64,000 bases of DNA. Source: Acaryochloridaceae cyanobacterium VAR_48_metabat_390 (GTDB lineage: Bacteria > Cyanobacteriota > Cyanobacteriia > Thermosynechococcales > Thermosynechococcaceae). How positions within the stretch are numbered: position 1 is the first letter of the stretch; each line of letters starts with the position of its first letter. A program made the translations under genes and the position numbers. Below are positions 28,905 to 39,868 of the stretch, one piece after another. The stretch lies in the NCBI GenBank assembly GCA_031422435.1, contig JANPLU010000107.1, positions 1-64,000 on the forward strand, given 5' to 3'. The notes beneath the pieces are model-generated. The model saw nothing but the letters and a program-made list of their open reading frames with translations, was not told the DNA's origin and searched no databases.

Positions 28905-29870
28905 CTATTTCGACTTAAGCGTTAACTCCATTCTGGTATTTGTGGTCATTTTCATGACCCCAGGTGGGTTGGGTGACTCCATCTCAGAGCGCATCTGAGA
29001 GATCATGCTTGAATTTAGAGGCATTAGGCGGTCAAACTTCACGGTTGCTTGGCCTTTCCCCATGCCAGAGAGAGACTTTAGCATCAAGGTTCTGTCGTTG
29101 GGAAGCCCCGTTGCATTCATCTGCTGGGGTGGAGCTTGCTGCGCTAGCATGACGTTCAGCGTCATTCCGTCCGTCTGAAAGCTCACCAGTTCATAGGTTG
29201 TGATTTGCTGGATGGCGATTCCGTTGAGCTTAGGCGCAGAAACAACCTGCCACTTTGCGCCCACCCCAAGGGCAGGCTCTGGCACAGGAGAAGACAACTG
29301 CTCTACGGAGTGAGTAATTTGCTTGAGCATTTGTTTGCTTGCATTATCGAGTTCCGGCGGTAGGTTAAATTTCCCTGATTTGGTTTGTCCTCGACTATCC
29401 GCCACAACCAATCCCTGAAACCCTTTCAGCTTCTGAAGCTGAGTGCGCAGTTGACCAACCAGAGTAGGGAGCAGTTTACTGGCTCCTACAACATCAACGT
29501 TTGTATACCGAAACTGATAGTGAATATCTCCATCAGGGTCAATCTGATTCACTAGAGTTTCAAAGGTCAGTACCGTTGTGGGTAATTTGTTGATCGGCAT
29601 AGATTTGTTGGCGATCAACAGTCCCATCTCCATGTCCATTGACATTGTGGCAATCTGCTTTGAATTGATGGCAGGCTTGAATCGAATCAGTTGCCGAGGG
29701 GTTGTCCCTGTCGTCAGTAATTTTAAAGTGGGTCGTGGTGTGGGAACCGGAGGTTTAGGAGCTAAAACGGGCTTCTCTGGTGCTAAAGTCGACTGCTGTG
29801 CTTTGGCTGCAATGTATCCAGACCCTACGGTCAGCAGCAGTACAGTCCCGGCCAATAAAGCTCTTTTCAT
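28905..29870 (-). CDS. Exported hypothetical protein (DUF6263-like)
   Basis: Signal peptide, Pro-rich linker, PxPALGVGAKW motif. Confidence 0.6.
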   Translation of the reverse strand: MKRALLAGTVLLLTVGSGYIAAKAQQSTLAPEKPVLAPKPPVPTPRPTLKLLTTGTTPRQLIRFKPAINSKQIATMSMDMEMGLLIANKSMPINKLPTTVLTFETLVNQIDPDGDIHYQFRYTNVDVVGASKLLPTLVGQLRTQLQKLKGFQGLVVADSRGQTKSGKFNLPPELDNASKQMLKQITHSVEQLSSPVPEPALGVGAKWQVVSAPKLNGIAIQQITTYELVSFQTDGMTLNVMLAQQAPPQQMNATGLPNDRTLMLKSLSGMGKGQATVKFDRLMPLNSSMISQMRSEMESPNPPGVMKMTTNTRMELTLKSK

Positions 29871-30002
29871 ACAGTTCCAGTCACAGTGTTCAGCTTAGTC
29901 ACTTTTATTGTCAGGCATTTGCTGCTGCATCATGGCGTAAGTCAGGTGGGAATTTATGGCACAATGAGAAACGCCAGATCATTCTAGAACTCAGGTATTT
30001 CT

Positions 30003-31121
30003 GTGAGCGCAACTGTCAAAACCCCTCAGCGAGCGGTCTATCCTTTCACGGCGATTGTCGGCCAAGAAGAAATGAAGCTGGCTCTCATTTTGAACGTCAT
30101 TGACCCCCGCATTGGCGGCGTGATGATTATGGGCGATCGCGGCACAGGTAAATCCACGACCATTCGCGCCCTGGCTGATTTGCTGCCGGATATTGAAGTG
30201 GTGGCAGATGACCCCTTCAGCAGCCACCCCAGCGACCCAGAAATGATGAGCGATGAAGTCAAAGCGCTCATTGCAGAGGGCAAAACGCCCGCCTTAGTTG
30301 CTAAAAAAGTCCCGATGGTGGACCTCCCATTGGGCGCAACCGAAGACCGCGTCTGCGGCACCATTGATATTGAGAAGGCTCTGTCGGATGGCATTAAAGC
30401 CTTTGAGCCAGGGCTATTAGCCAAGGCCAATCGCGGTATCTTGTACGTCGATGAAGTCAACCTGCTCGATGACCACCTCGTCGATGTTTTGCTAGACTCC
30501 GCCGCCTCAGGCTGGAATACCGTTGAGCGCGAAGGAATTTCTATTCGCCACCCCGCGCGGTTTGTCCTGGTTGGCTCTGGCAACCCAGAAGAAGGCGAAC
30601 TGCGCCCCCAGCTCTTAGATCGCTTTGGGATGCACGCTGAAATTCGCACCGTGAGAGATCCGCACCTGCGCGTGCAGATTGTCGAAGAGCGGACTGGGTT
30701 TGACCAAAATCCCCAGATTTTTCTCGAAGATCATCAGGCTCAGCAGACAGCGCTTCAGGAAAAAATTGTGGAGGCTCAGCAACGCCTGAGTCACGTTGGC
30801 TTAGACCACGAGCTGCGCGTTAATATTTCTCAGGTTTGTTCTGAGCTAGACGTAGATGGACTGCGGGGTGATATTGTAACCAACCGAGCCGCAAAGGCTC
30901 TGGCGGCTTTTGAAGGGCGCACGGAAGTAACCGTAGACGATATTAAGCGCGTGATAACCCTTTGTCTGCGTCACCGCCTGCGCAAAGATCCCCTAGAGTC
31001 AATCGACACAGGCTATAAGGTTCAGAAGGTCTTCAACCAAGTTTTTGGCCTCAGTGAAGACGAAGATGCCGGGCAAAATGGTGCAGCAATGCCTTCTATG
31101 GCTAGTGCAATGAGATCTTAG
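30003..31121 (+). CDS. chlI: Magnesium chelatase subunit I
   Basis: YPFTAIVGQ, GDRGTGKST, YVDEVNLL. Confidence 0.97.
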   Translation: MSATVKTPQRAVYPFTAIVGQEEMKLALILNVIDPRIGGVMIMGDRGTGKSTTIRALADLLPDIEVVADDPFSSHPSDPEMMSDEVKALIAEGKTPALVAKKVPMVDLPLGATEDRVCGTIDIEKALSDGIKAFEPGLLAKANRGILYVDEVNLLDDHLVDVLLDSAASGWNTVEREGISIRHPARFVLVGSGNPEEGELRPQLLDRFGMHAEIRTVRDPHLRVQIVEERTGFDQNPQIFLEDHQAQQTALQEKIVEAQQRLSHVGLDHELRVNISQVCSELDVDGLRGDIVTNRAAKALAAFEGRTEVTVDDIKRVITLCLRHRLRKDPLESIDTGYKVQKVFNQVFGLSEDEDAGQNGAAMPSMASAMRS

Positions 31122-31132
31122 GCTCAAATGTC

Positions 31133-31654
31133 TTAGGGGTTAACGTCAAAAAAGTTGAGATCAATTTCGCTGTATTTAGGGTGTCCCTGTCCTAAAGAGG
31201 GAGATTGAGGAAAACTAGGATATTTTTCGGCAGGTTGCTGCGCAGTTGAGGAGATTAAGGCTTTAGGAGAGCCTGGATCTGTTAAGACAGCCTCAATCAT
31301 TTTGACTAAATCTTTAAGCCGAATGGGTTTAACGAGGTAGTGCAACGTTTCACCTGCCTGCTTAGCCCGAGCTAATGTTGCCTGATCTGAAAATGCAGTG
31401 ATGTAGATGATGGGCACTGAAGCATGATGCTGGATAACCTTATTGGTTTCAATGCCATTTAGGAATCCCTTAAGCATGATGTCCATTAGAATTAAATCGG
31501 GCTGCATTAACCTAATGGCATCAATGGCTTCCTCGCCAGAGCTGACGATCCCGGCGATCGCGTAACCTTTGCGCCGTAGGTCAAGGGCCAAGCTCTCGGC
31601 AACGATGAGTTCGTCTTCAACAATCAGAATAGAAGCAGGCTCTTGGTTCATCAT
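31133..31654 (-). CDS. Response regulator (receiver plus low-complexity tail)
   Basis: ILIVEDE, DIML, KP. Confidence 0.85.
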   Translation of the reverse strand: MMNQEPASILIVEDELIVAESLALDLRRKGYAIAGIVSSGEEAIDAIRLMQPDLILMDIMLKGFLNGIETNKVIQHHASVPIIYITAFSDQATLARAKQAGETLHYLVKPIRLKDLVKMIEAVLTDPGSPKALISSTAQQPAEKYPSFPQSPSLGQGHPKYSEIDLNFFDVNP

Positions 31655-31704
31655 GAGAGGTTGATTGCAAAAAAGAGGGTTTGGTTAAGAGAGAGAAAAA
31701 GGGT

Positions 31705-34029
31705 TTAAAGTCGAGACTCATAGGCTAACTCAGAAAATGTCAGGCAAAAACAAGTGCCTGTTTGGGGGTTAGAAGTCTGTGTCAGCGTTGCCTCGAGCTG
31801 TCGCGCTAAGATGCGTACCAGCCGTAAGCCTAGGGTTGGAGAGTTTTGCCAATCAAGGGATGGCGCAAAGCCAAGGCCGTTATCTTGCACCACTAGATGA
31901 AGCTTGTGGGCATGATGCGTTAGCGTAATTGAGATTTTGCCGAGTCTACCGTCTATAAAAGCGTGCTTAAACGCATTGGTCACTAGCTCGTTGAGAATTA
32001 GCCCGCAAGGCGTTGCGGTTTCTAAATTTAAGGTGATGGGGGCGATATTGACACAAAGCTCAATTTCATGACCTTGAGAAGCCTGACAGGCCGTTTCTAA
32101 ATGGTGCACTAAATCACGCACATAATCGGCAAAGTTTAGTCGGGCTAAATTTTCAGAGCCATAGAGCTGTTCATGGATCAGCGCCATTGTGCGAATGCGG
32201 CTCTGGCTGTCGGAAAACATGTTGATGATTGCCTGATCTGTTGTGTAGCTTGACTGCAGGTTAAGCAGGCTAATAATAATATTGAGATTGTTTTTGACGC
32301 GGTGATGGATTTCTTGGAGCAAGATTTCTTTTTCTGCTAAGGATGCTTTGAGCTGTTCTTCAATTTGTTTGCGATCGCTAATGTCAACGCAGTAGCCAAT
32401 CCACTCTAGGGGTTTGCCACTATCGTCATAGACGACTTTTTGCTGATCGTATAGCCAGCGATAAGATCCATCTTTATGGCGAAATCGGTATTCTTGACTC
32501 ATGAGAGGGCGATTACTCAAGAGCTGAACCGAAGGTCTATCTTCGGGGTGGATACAGTTCTCCCAAAAATCTGGCTCAATGGTATCTAGAGAGCTGTAGC
32601 CTAACAGGGCCGGTAGATTATTGCCAAAAAAGATGCGTTGATAAGAGCCTTGAGCAACTGAGCTGTATAAAATGCCAGGGCTAGATGCCAACACATAGCT
32701 AATTTGCTCATGCTGCACCATCAGCATTTGCTCCGTGCGGTTGCTGACTTCAAGGGCCTGCTGCCGCTTTTGCTGGAGTTCTGCCTGCTCAATGGAAATA
32801 GAAACGTGGGCGGCGACCTGGGTCAGCAACTCTAGCTCAGCAGGTATCCAGTCTCGGACACCGCTACACTGATGAGCAATAATAAATCCCCAAAGGCTGT
32901 CGCCTTGCAAAATTGGAACGACAACCTTTGCCTTAACGCCCCAGTCCCCTAAGACTTGAACCATTTGAGGAACGGTATTACGGTAGGCGATGTCAACATC
33001 CGCCACTGCCCGATAGGGCATTTGACTCAAACCCCGCTGACATTTTGCTGAAAATAGCTCCGCCGAAAACTCAACCCCCAGTAGCGAAGGCCACGGTGCA
33101 AGAACAGACTCCGCAATAATGGTGCCAATCTTATGGGCATCAATGCGACACACGACCAGTCGGTCTACCTGAAGACAGCGCTGAATCTCTGAGGTCGTGG
33201 TGTGAAGGATTTGCTCTAACTCTAGCGACTGCCGAATATTTAAGATAAAGTCTGCCAGAATTTTTGATTTTGCGGTCTGTAACTCAAGCGTGTCGTTGGT
33301 GTGTTCTAGCTCCGCAATTTTATTTTTAAGCTGCGCATTTGCCTGAAGGGTTGAATAATTCTGTTGGTTAACTAAGCTTTTAAGCTGGTAGCTCTTGTCT
33401 TGAAGCATCTGCTCAGAGCGCTGAAGTTCACTAATGACCTTCTGTTGCTGTTGAATCTGAAGCGTGCGCTGAAGGGCGATCGCAGCGTGCCCTGCTAAAA
33501 GTTGACAGCTTTCAATTTCGACTGCCTCCCAAGAATGACAGTGAGTATAGTGATGGGCAACAATAGTACCCCAGTTCTGGCTGTTGATAACCAAAGGTAT
33601 TACTAAACTAGACTTAATTTGTAGCTGCATTAAACGCAGCGTGTCGTAGTCTGTTTGATTGAGTAAAGCGTCTTCAATTCCACCATCACCCGTCTGGAAT
33701 CCTAAGCTAGTGCCTCGCAGATCTCTCTCTCGATCTGCAAGGCACTTCAAATCGCTTAAATTGTTGACCCTTAAACCTAAAAGAGGCTGCCAACCTGACC
33801 TCACATGTTCAGAAATAATAATGTTCTGTCCTATTTCATTTTGCTGACAGACTATGACCCGATCAACCTGTAAAAGGCTTTGTAGTGTATAAACTGTAGC
33901 ATTAAGAATCTCGTCAAAATCCAGCGCTTGTGCAATTTTTAGAGCGCTCTTGAGTATCTGAGGCTCAAGAATAGAGTTCTGCCCATAATGGCTTAGATCC
34001 TGGTTTTCGTGATTGTCCAAAACCTGCAT
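31705..34029 (-). CDS. GAF-GAF-PAS histidine kinase (HisKA_2 type)
   Basis: Two CBCR-like GAF folds, PAS (IHPEDR), [25 protein letters not shown]. Confidence 0.9.
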   Translation of the reverse strand: MQVLDNHENQDLSHYGQNSILEPQILKSALKIAQALDFDEILNATVYTLQSLLQVDRVIVCQQNEIGQNIIISEHVRSGWQPLLGLRVNNLSDLKCLADRERDLRGTSLGFQTGDGGIEDALLNQTDYDTLRLMQLQIKSSLVIPLVINSQNWGTIVAHHYTHCHSWEAVEIESCQLLAGHAAIALQRTLQIQQQQKVISELQRSEQMLQDKSYQLKSLVNQQNYSTLQANAQLKNKIAELEHTNDTLELQTAKSKILADFILNIRQSLELEQILHTTTSEIQRCLQVDRLVVCRIDAHKIGTIIAESVLAPWPSLLGVEFSAELFSAKCQRGLSQMPYRAVADVDIAYRNTVPQMVQVLGDWGVKAKVVVPILQGDSLWGFIIAHQCSGVRDWIPAELELLTQVAAHVSISIEQAELQQKRQQALEVSNRTEQMLMVQHEQISYVLASSPGILYSSVAQGSYQRIFFGNNLPALLGYSSLDTIEPDFWENCIHPEDRPSVQLLSNRPLMSQEYRFRHKDGSYRWLYDQQKVVYDDSGKPLEWIGYCVDISDRKQIEEQLKASLAEKEILLQEIHHRVKNNLNIIISLLNLQSSYTTDQAIINMFSDSQSRIRTMALIHEQLYGSENLARLNFADYVRDLVHHLETACQASQGHEIELCVNIAPITLNLETATPCGLILNELVTNAFKHAFIDGRLGKISITLTHHAHKLHLVVQDNGLGFAPSLDWQNSPTLGLRLVRILARQLEATLTQTSNPQTGTCFCLTFSELAYESRL

Positions 34030-34418
34030 AATAATTCACTAAATTAGGTTCTAAAGGCTGGATATAACGAATTAGTAACGGGCAAAATCTCCTGGCAAAA
34101 ATGATACGCATATAAAGCGGTATCTCTCGGTTAAAAAGAAAAAATATAAGGTGTTAGAAGGGACGAAATCTAAGTTTTTAGAGTGGTAATACAAAAGTTC
34201 AATGCATCCGCTTTATTATTGTGGGGCGATCGCCCAGAATCAACATCCGTGAAAAGCCTGATGTTTTGAGTTTGAAGCTTGAGAAATTGTCCGTATTTGT
34301 GCCAGCGCTAAACCCGTTAGCGGTCACATGGGATAGGATTTGAGAACGTGCATCATAACCTTTGCTGCCGTTTATCACCATTCCATCACTTAAAAATTTC
34401 GTTAAACCACTGCTTCCT

Positions 34419-35810
34419 ATGGCTGACTCCCCCACCATTGCCGTCTCACACCTTGGCTGTGAGAAAAACCGGATCGATACAGAACACATGCTGGGCCTTC
34501 TGGTGGAGGCTGGGTACTCCGTAGATACCGATGAAGAGGTGGCAGATTACGTCATTGTCAACACATGCAGCTTTATTCAGTCTGCCCGCGAAGAGTCGGT
34601 TCGCACCCTTGTCGAGCTGGCAGAAGCCAACAAAAAAATTGTGATTACGGGCTGCATGGCGCAGCATTTTCAAGAGCAGCTTTTAGACGAACTCCCTGAA
34701 GCTGTAGCGCTGGTGGGCACAGGCGACTATCACAAGATTGTTGACGTGATTGAGCGCGTAGAATCTGGCGAACGGGTTAAAGAAGTAAGCGCAGAACCCA
34801 CCTATATCGCCGACGAAAATACCCCGCGCTACCGCACCACCACCGAAGGGGTGGCCTATCTCCGGATTGCTGAGGGCTGTGACTACCGCTGCGCGTTCTG
34901 CATTATTCCCCACCTGAGGGGCAACCAGCGATCGCGCACCATTGAATCCATTGTGGCTGAGGCTCAGCAGCTTGCCGCCGAGGGGGTCAAAGAGCTGATT
35001 CTGATTTCGCAAATCACCACCAACTACGGTACCGATCTCTACGGCAAGCCTAAGCTGGTGGAGCTACTGCACGCGCTAGGGCAAGTAGACGTACCCTGGA
35101 TTCGGATGCACTACGCCTACCCCACCGGACTCACCCCCGAAGTCATTGCCGCCATCCGCGAAACCGAAAATATTCTGCCCTACCTAGACTTACCCCTCCA
35201 GCACTCTCATCCAGAAATGCTAAAGGCGATGAACCGTCCTTGGCAGGGTCGCGTTAATGATGCCATTATCGAACGCCTCAAGGCCGAGCTGCCCAATGCC
35301 GTGCTGCGAACCACGCTGATTGTTGGGTTCCCTGGCGAAACCGAGGCGCATTTTGAGCATTTGTGCGCCTTTCTAGAGCGCCACGAATTTGACCATGTGG
35401 GCGTGTTTACGTTCTCTGCCGAAGAAGGCACCGCCGCCTATGATTTACCCGACCAGATCCCGCAAGAGGTAATGGATGCAAGGCGCGATCGCATTATGGC
35501 GCTTCAGCAGCCTATTTCTCTGCGCAACAACCAAAAACAAATTGGCAAAACCGTCCAGGTTTTAATTGAGCAAGAAAACCCCAGCACAGGCCAGCTTATT
35601 GGCCGCTCGGCGCGGTTTTCGCCCGATGTAGATGGCCTAGTCTACATTCAGCCTAATCCTGAAGCGAACGTTGGCGACGCTCAACCCGCCTTGGCTCGGC
35701 TGGGCACCATGGCGCTCGTGCAAATTACAGACGCCGACCCCTACGATCTCTATGGTCATTTGGTGACAGCGCAAAATCTCTTTAATACGCCCGAAGCCGC
35801 AGCGGTTTAG
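34419..35810 (+). CDS. rimO: Ribosomal protein S12 methylthiotransferase
   Basis: [20 protein letters not shown] radical SAM motif. Confidence 0.95.
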   Translation: MADSPTIAVSHLGCEKNRIDTEHMLGLLVEAGYSVDTDEEVADYVIVNTCSFIQSAREESVRTLVELAEANKKIVITGCMAQHFQEQLLDELPEAVALVGTGDYHKIVDVIERVESGERVKEVSAEPTYIADENTPRYRTTTEGVAYLRIAEGCDYRCAFCIIPHLRGNQRSRTIESIVAEAQQLAAEGVKELILISQITTNYGTDLYGKPKLVELLHALGQVDVPWIRMHYAYPTGLTPEVIAAIRETENILPYLDLPLQHSHPEMLKAMNRPWQGRVNDAIIERLKAELPNAVLRTTLIVGFPGETEAHFEHLCAFLERHEFDHVGVFTFSAEEGTAAYDLPDQIPQEVMDARRDRIMALQQPISLRNNQKQIGKTVQVLIEQENPSTGQLIGRSARFSPDVDGLVYIQPNPEANVGDAQPALARLGTMALVQITDADPYDLYGHLVTAQNLFNTPEAAAV

Positions 35811-35953
35811 GGGTTTTCATAAGGCATAATCGGCTCCAAGGAGAAATCCGTCTCCTCAATGATTGGCTTTTTGTAACGGTTTGTTGCAGAATAGATAAGT
35901 GCCTAATGAGTCATTTATTGGCTCTCATCAAAACGCACATTTTTTAGTGACGC

Positions 35954-36063
35954 TGCTCTGCTGAATTCCAGTTTACGGAAAGATAAGCCAGAAGCACTAG
36001 CCTCTTGCTTCATCTCTGTGGATGTGTCTGCTGTTTGCCTTCTTGGGCGAGTTCTGAGCAGAC
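35954..36063 (+). ncRNA. Candidate structured leader / cis-regulatory RNA upstream of the DEAD-box helicase
   Basis: Stems TGCT/AGCA, CTG/CAG, TTCC/GGAA (35954-35996) and GTCTGCT/AGCAGAC (36026-36063) ahead of an AGGAG RBS. Confidence 0.4.
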
Positions 36064-36114
36064 CTTTTCAAATTTGAGCGGCGGCACATTGTTGACCCGC
36101 TATTAGGAGAATTC

Positions 36115-37515
36115 ATGACCTCATTGTTCAGTCAGCTCGGTCTGTCTCAACAACGCGTTCAATGTCTCGAGACCTTAGGTTTCTCAGAACCGACACCCAT
36201 TCAGGTACAGGCTATTCCAATTCTATTGGAAGGCAAAGACATCATTGGACAAGCCCAAACAGGGACAGGCAAGACGGCTGCCTTTTCACTCCCCATTCTG
36301 GAGCGTATTGACCCCAAATCAAAGGCGGTTCAGGCGCTAATTTTAACCCCTACGCGAGAGCTGGCGCTTCAGGTGAGCCAGGCGATTCAAGGGTTCAAGG
36401 CAAACCCCAGCATTTTTGTGCTGCCCATCTATGGGGGGCAGTCCATTGATCGGCAAATTACGCAGCTTCGGCGCGGTGCCCAGCTTGTGGTGGGTACGCC
36501 TGGGCGCGTGTTGGATCTTCTGAACCGAGGCGTTTTAGTCCTTGATCAGCTTCAGTACTTTGTGTTAGACGAAGCTGACGAAATGCTGAACATGGGCTTT
36601 ATCCCAGACGTGCGGCAGATCTTAAGCAAAGTGCCTGAGACGCGCCAAACCGCCTTTTTCTCGGCAACCATGCCGCCAGAAATTTATCGGTTGACGAAGC
36701 AGTTTCTTAAAGATCCTGTCACCGTCAGCATTAAACAGGCTCAGGCCAGCCCGCTTCAGATTCGCCAGATTGCCTACCGCGTGCCCCGCATGAGCGCTCG
36801 GGCTGCGGTACTGCAAACGGTTTTGGAACTAGAAGACCCCGATACCGCCATCATCTTTGTGCAGACGCGACGAGAAGCCGCCGATTTAACCAATCGCCTT
36901 CAGTCCGCTGGCTACAGTGTGGACGAGTACCACGGCGACCTGAGCCAGAGTCAGCGTGAACGTCTTTTGTGGCGCTTCCGTCAAAAGCAGGTGCGTTGGG
37001 TGGTGGCAACAGACATCGCAGCGCGCGGAATTCATGTGGATGATCTTACCCATGTGATCAACTATGACGTGCCCGACAGCCAAGAAAGCTACGTGCATCG
37101 CATTGGTCGCACAGGCCGCGCGGGTAACGAAGGTGTCGCCATTACCCTGGCACACACCTCTGAGCGCTGGAAGATGCGTCAGATTGAGAACCACGTCCGT
37201 CAAGAGATTCCGGTTCTGCCTACCCCAACCAGGGCGCAGATCGAGGAACGTCGCCTTGAGAAGCTGACGGGTGAAATGCGCGAAGCCCTGATGGGTGAGC
37301 GTTTGGCATCCTTCTTGCCGATGATTTCAACCCTGAGTGAAGAGTTTGATATTCGGGCGATCGCTGCTGCGGCTTTGCAGATGGCTTTTGACCACTATCC
37401 TGCCATCACCACTCAGCTTGAGGAGGAGCTTCAGGCCGCACGACCCATTAAAAATCTTAATAAAGTGATTAAGGTGGATCGCCCTCAGCAGGTTTCTTCG
37501 GGGTCTCAGCGCTAG
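36115..37515 (+). CDS. crhR: DEAD-box RNA helicase (CrhR-like)
   Basis: AQTGTGKT, PTRELA, DEAD, SAT, HRIGRTGR; downstream of rimO. Confidence 0.85.
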   Translation: MTSLFSQLGLSQQRVQCLETLGFSEPTPIQVQAIPILLEGKDIIGQAQTGTGKTAAFSLPILERIDPKSKAVQALILTPTRELALQVSQAIQGFKANPSIFVLPIYGGQSIDRQITQLRRGAQLVVGTPGRVLDLLNRGVLVLDQLQYFVLDEADEMLNMGFIPDVRQILSKVPETRQTAFFSATMPPEIYRLTKQFLKDPVTVSIKQAQASPLQIRQIAYRVPRMSARAAVLQTVLELEDPDTAIIFVQTRREAADLTNRLQSAGYSVDEYHGDLSQSQRERLLWRFRQKQVRWVVATDIAARGIHVDDLTHVINYDVPDSQESYVHRIGRTGRAGNEGVAITLAHTSERWKMRQIENHVRQEIPVLPTPTRAQIEERRLEKLTGEMREALMGERLASFLPMISTLSEEFDIRAIAAAALQMAFDHYPAITTQLEEELQAARPIKNLNKVIKVDRPQQVSSGSQR

Positions 37516-37540
37516 AGCATTAAAGTTCGTTGTGAATTAC

Positions 37541-37588
37541 TAAAAATGGCTAGGGGTCTCATTATTACGGGATTTCTAGCCATTTTTA
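37541..37588 (+). terminator. Intrinsic terminator
   Basis: TAAAAATGGCTAG...CTAGCCATTTTTA stem. Confidence 0.7.
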
Positions 37589-37692
37589 ATAGGCGTGAAT
37601 AAAACGCTTTGAGCTAGGATATTACAGCGCCCTAGTATTGTCTTAAACACTATCTGGCTGGGTATTAATCCTCTGTTTCTGGGTCTGCTCTC

Positions 37693-38298
37693 ATGGAAAA
37701 CTCATCCCCTTGCTTTTGTGAGCTGGCTCCGCTTCATGCCCTTGGAGTACTGAGTGATGCGGAGCGGACTTGGGTAGATGAGCGAGCTACCCAGGATGCA
37801 GATCTTGCCCTTGAGCTAGCGTCTTTTCAAGCAGCAGTGACGAACCTGGCCTACGGGACACCTGAGACACTCCCAGACCCTCAGCTCAAAGCGCGATTAT
37901 TTGAGCGCATCGGTGAACCAATGCCGATCGCTGCCCCTCTTTTAGAACCGCCTTCTTTGTGGGCAATGCAGGCTCAAAACTTATCCTGGCGCAGGCATAA
38001 AATACCAGGCGTTGAAATTGCTGTGATTCATCGAGATTCTTCTACACGTACGGTAGTGGGTATATTCCGAGCGCAGCCAGACGTTAGCTATCCCTTACAT
38101 CGTCATGCTGGGGTAGAAGAAATTTATATGCTGCGGGGTGATTTACAGATAGGCACCACGGTTTATGGCGTAGGAGACTATATACGGTCAGCGCCAGGAT
38201 CGAGTCATCGCCCCACCACCCGCGACGGCTGCGAATTTTTCTTCCGCACATCGTTGGATGATGAGTATTTAGAGATTTCCACGGCACAAGGTGTTTAG
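37693..38298 (+). CDS. ChrR-like anti-sigma/cupin protein
   Basis: N-terminal LAPLHALGVLS anti-sigma helix; YPLHRHAGVEEIYML...H cupin. Confidence 0.8.
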   Translation: MENSSPCFCELAPLHALGVLSDAERTWVDERATQDADLALELASFQAAVTNLAYGTPETLPDPQLKARLFERIGEPMPIAAPLLEPPSLWAMQAQNLSWRRHKIPGVEIAVIHRDSSTRTVVGIFRAQPDVSYPLHRHAGVEEIYMLRGDLQIGTTVYGVGDYIRSAPGSSHRPTTRDGCEFFFRTSLDDEYLEISTAQGV

Positions 38299-38453
38299 GA
38301 CTTCGCTTGAGCAAACCACCACAGCGTCAGCCTTAAACCGATACACTAGAACAGGATTGTGGATGCAGAACTCAACAGCCTATCTGTCGGGTTTTCATCT
38401 CTATCCCGTGAATTCCCAGACGCATTGATTCCCAGACGCATAGGTTCGCAACA

Positions 38454-39860
38454 TTGGTTAGTCAGACATCCCTCGATTCGCAGCCTTGGCAGCAGGATCA
38501 GCTCATTGAAGTCCCAATTGCAGACTTAAGCGCAACGGGGGATGGTGTGGGTCACTGGGGGCCAGACCGTCGCGTCGTGTTTGTGCCCGATGCGGTACCC
38601 GGCGATCGCATTACGGCAAAGCTCACCTTCGTCAAGCCTAGCTACGCCCACGCCTCATTGGTAGAGGTATTAGAACCCTCCACCCATCGCACCAAGCCAC
38701 ACTGTATTGTGGCCGATAAATGTGGCGGCTGTCAGTGGCAGTCGGCGGTGTACGACTATCAGCTTATTGCGAAGCGTGACCAGGTGGTTCAGGCGCTAGA
38801 ACGCATTGGCAAGTTTTCAAACCCTCCTGTCGAAGAAGTGTTGGCTGCTCCCTCTCCGTTTGGCTACCGTAATAAATCGACCTATCCATTGGGTTTTGTG
38901 ATTGATCAGGGCAAGCGTAAGGTACAGGCAGGCTACTACCAAAAGCGCAGCCATCGCCTCATTAACCTCAACCAGTGTCCTGTCCAAGACCCACGCTTAA
39001 ATCCGATTTTGGCGTACCTTAAACTAGAGATTCAGCAGCAGGACTGGTCAATTTATAACGAGCAGTCTCATAAGGGCGAACTGCGTCATCTGTCTTTGCG
39101 AATCGGGCGACGCACAGGGGAAATATTGGTGACGCTGGTGGCGCGGACGGGCAATAACCTGACGGGCATTGAAGAACAGGCCAAGGTTTGGATGAAAGCC
39201 CATCCTGAAATTGTGGGGGTTTGCCTGAATGTGAACGGCGATCGCACCAATCGAATCTTTGGCACCCAAACGCGACGGGTTGCGGGTCAACCTTTTTTGC
39301 GCGAAAGTTTTGCAGGTCTGACGATTCAGGTACACCCCAACACCTTTTTTCAGGTCTATACCGAGCAGGCTGAAGCATTGCTACAGGTGATTTTAGACCA
39401 CCTCAACCTTCAGGGCACTGAAACTGTTTTAGATGCCTACAGCGGCATCGGGACGCTGACTCTGCCCATTGCTCGCGTTGCGAAGTCTTGTTTAGGATTA
39501 GAAGTGCAGACTGATGCGGTTGAGCAGGCCATCCAAAACGCCCAGCTCAACGACATCACAAACGTGGACTTTCAGGTGGGTACCGTAGAGCAAAGCCTTA
39601 TAGACCTAGAGATTCAGCCCGATGTGGTGCTGCTAGATCCACCCCGTAAAGGCTGCGAAGCTGGGGTTTTGCAAAACCTCATTGAGCGTCGGGTGCCGCG
39701 TGTTGTGTACGTGAGCTGCAACGCCGCAACGTTAGCGCGAGATCTTCAGAAACTTTGCCATGAAGGGCCATACCGATTGGTTCGCGTCAAACCTGCTGAC
39801 TTTTTCCCGCAGACGGCTCACGTCGAATGTGCCGCATTTTTAGAGTGTGAGGCAAGCTGA
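38454..39860 (+). CDS. rlmD: 23S rRNA m5U1939 methyltransferase
   Basis: TRAM domain, CGGCQWQ, FFQV, DPPRKG, YVSCN, FFPQTAHVE. Confidence 0.93.
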   Translation: MVSQTSLDSQPWQQDQLIEVPIADLSATGDGVGHWGPDRRVVFVPDAVPGDRITAKLTFVKPSYAHASLVEVLEPSTHRTKPHCIVADKCGGCQWQSAVYDYQLIAKRDQVVQALERIGKFSNPPVEEVLAAPSPFGYRNKSTYPLGFVIDQGKRKVQAGYYQKRSHRLINLNQCPVQDPRLNPILAYLKLEIQQQDWSIYNEQSHKGELRHLSLRIGRRTGEILVTLVARTGNNLTGIEEQAKVWMKAHPEIVGVCLNVNGDRTNRIFGTQTRRVAGQPFLRESFAGLTIQVHPNTFFQVYTEQAEALLQVILDHLNLQGTETVLDAYSGIGTLTLPIARVAKSCLGLEVQTDAVEQAIQNAQLNDITNVDFQVGTVEQSLIDLEIQPDVVLLDPPRKGCEAGVLQNLIERRVPRVVYVSCNAATLARDLQKLCHEGPYRLVRVKPADFFPQTAHVECAAFLECEAS

Positions 39861-39868
39861 CCCTTGCC

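Noticed and set aside
30038..30649. 203-aa antisense ORF in chlI and similar shadow ORFs (e.g. 6460..6936, 24351..24809, 63517..63972)
   Set aside because: They are antisense or alternate-frame shadows of well-supported genes with no recognisable motifs.
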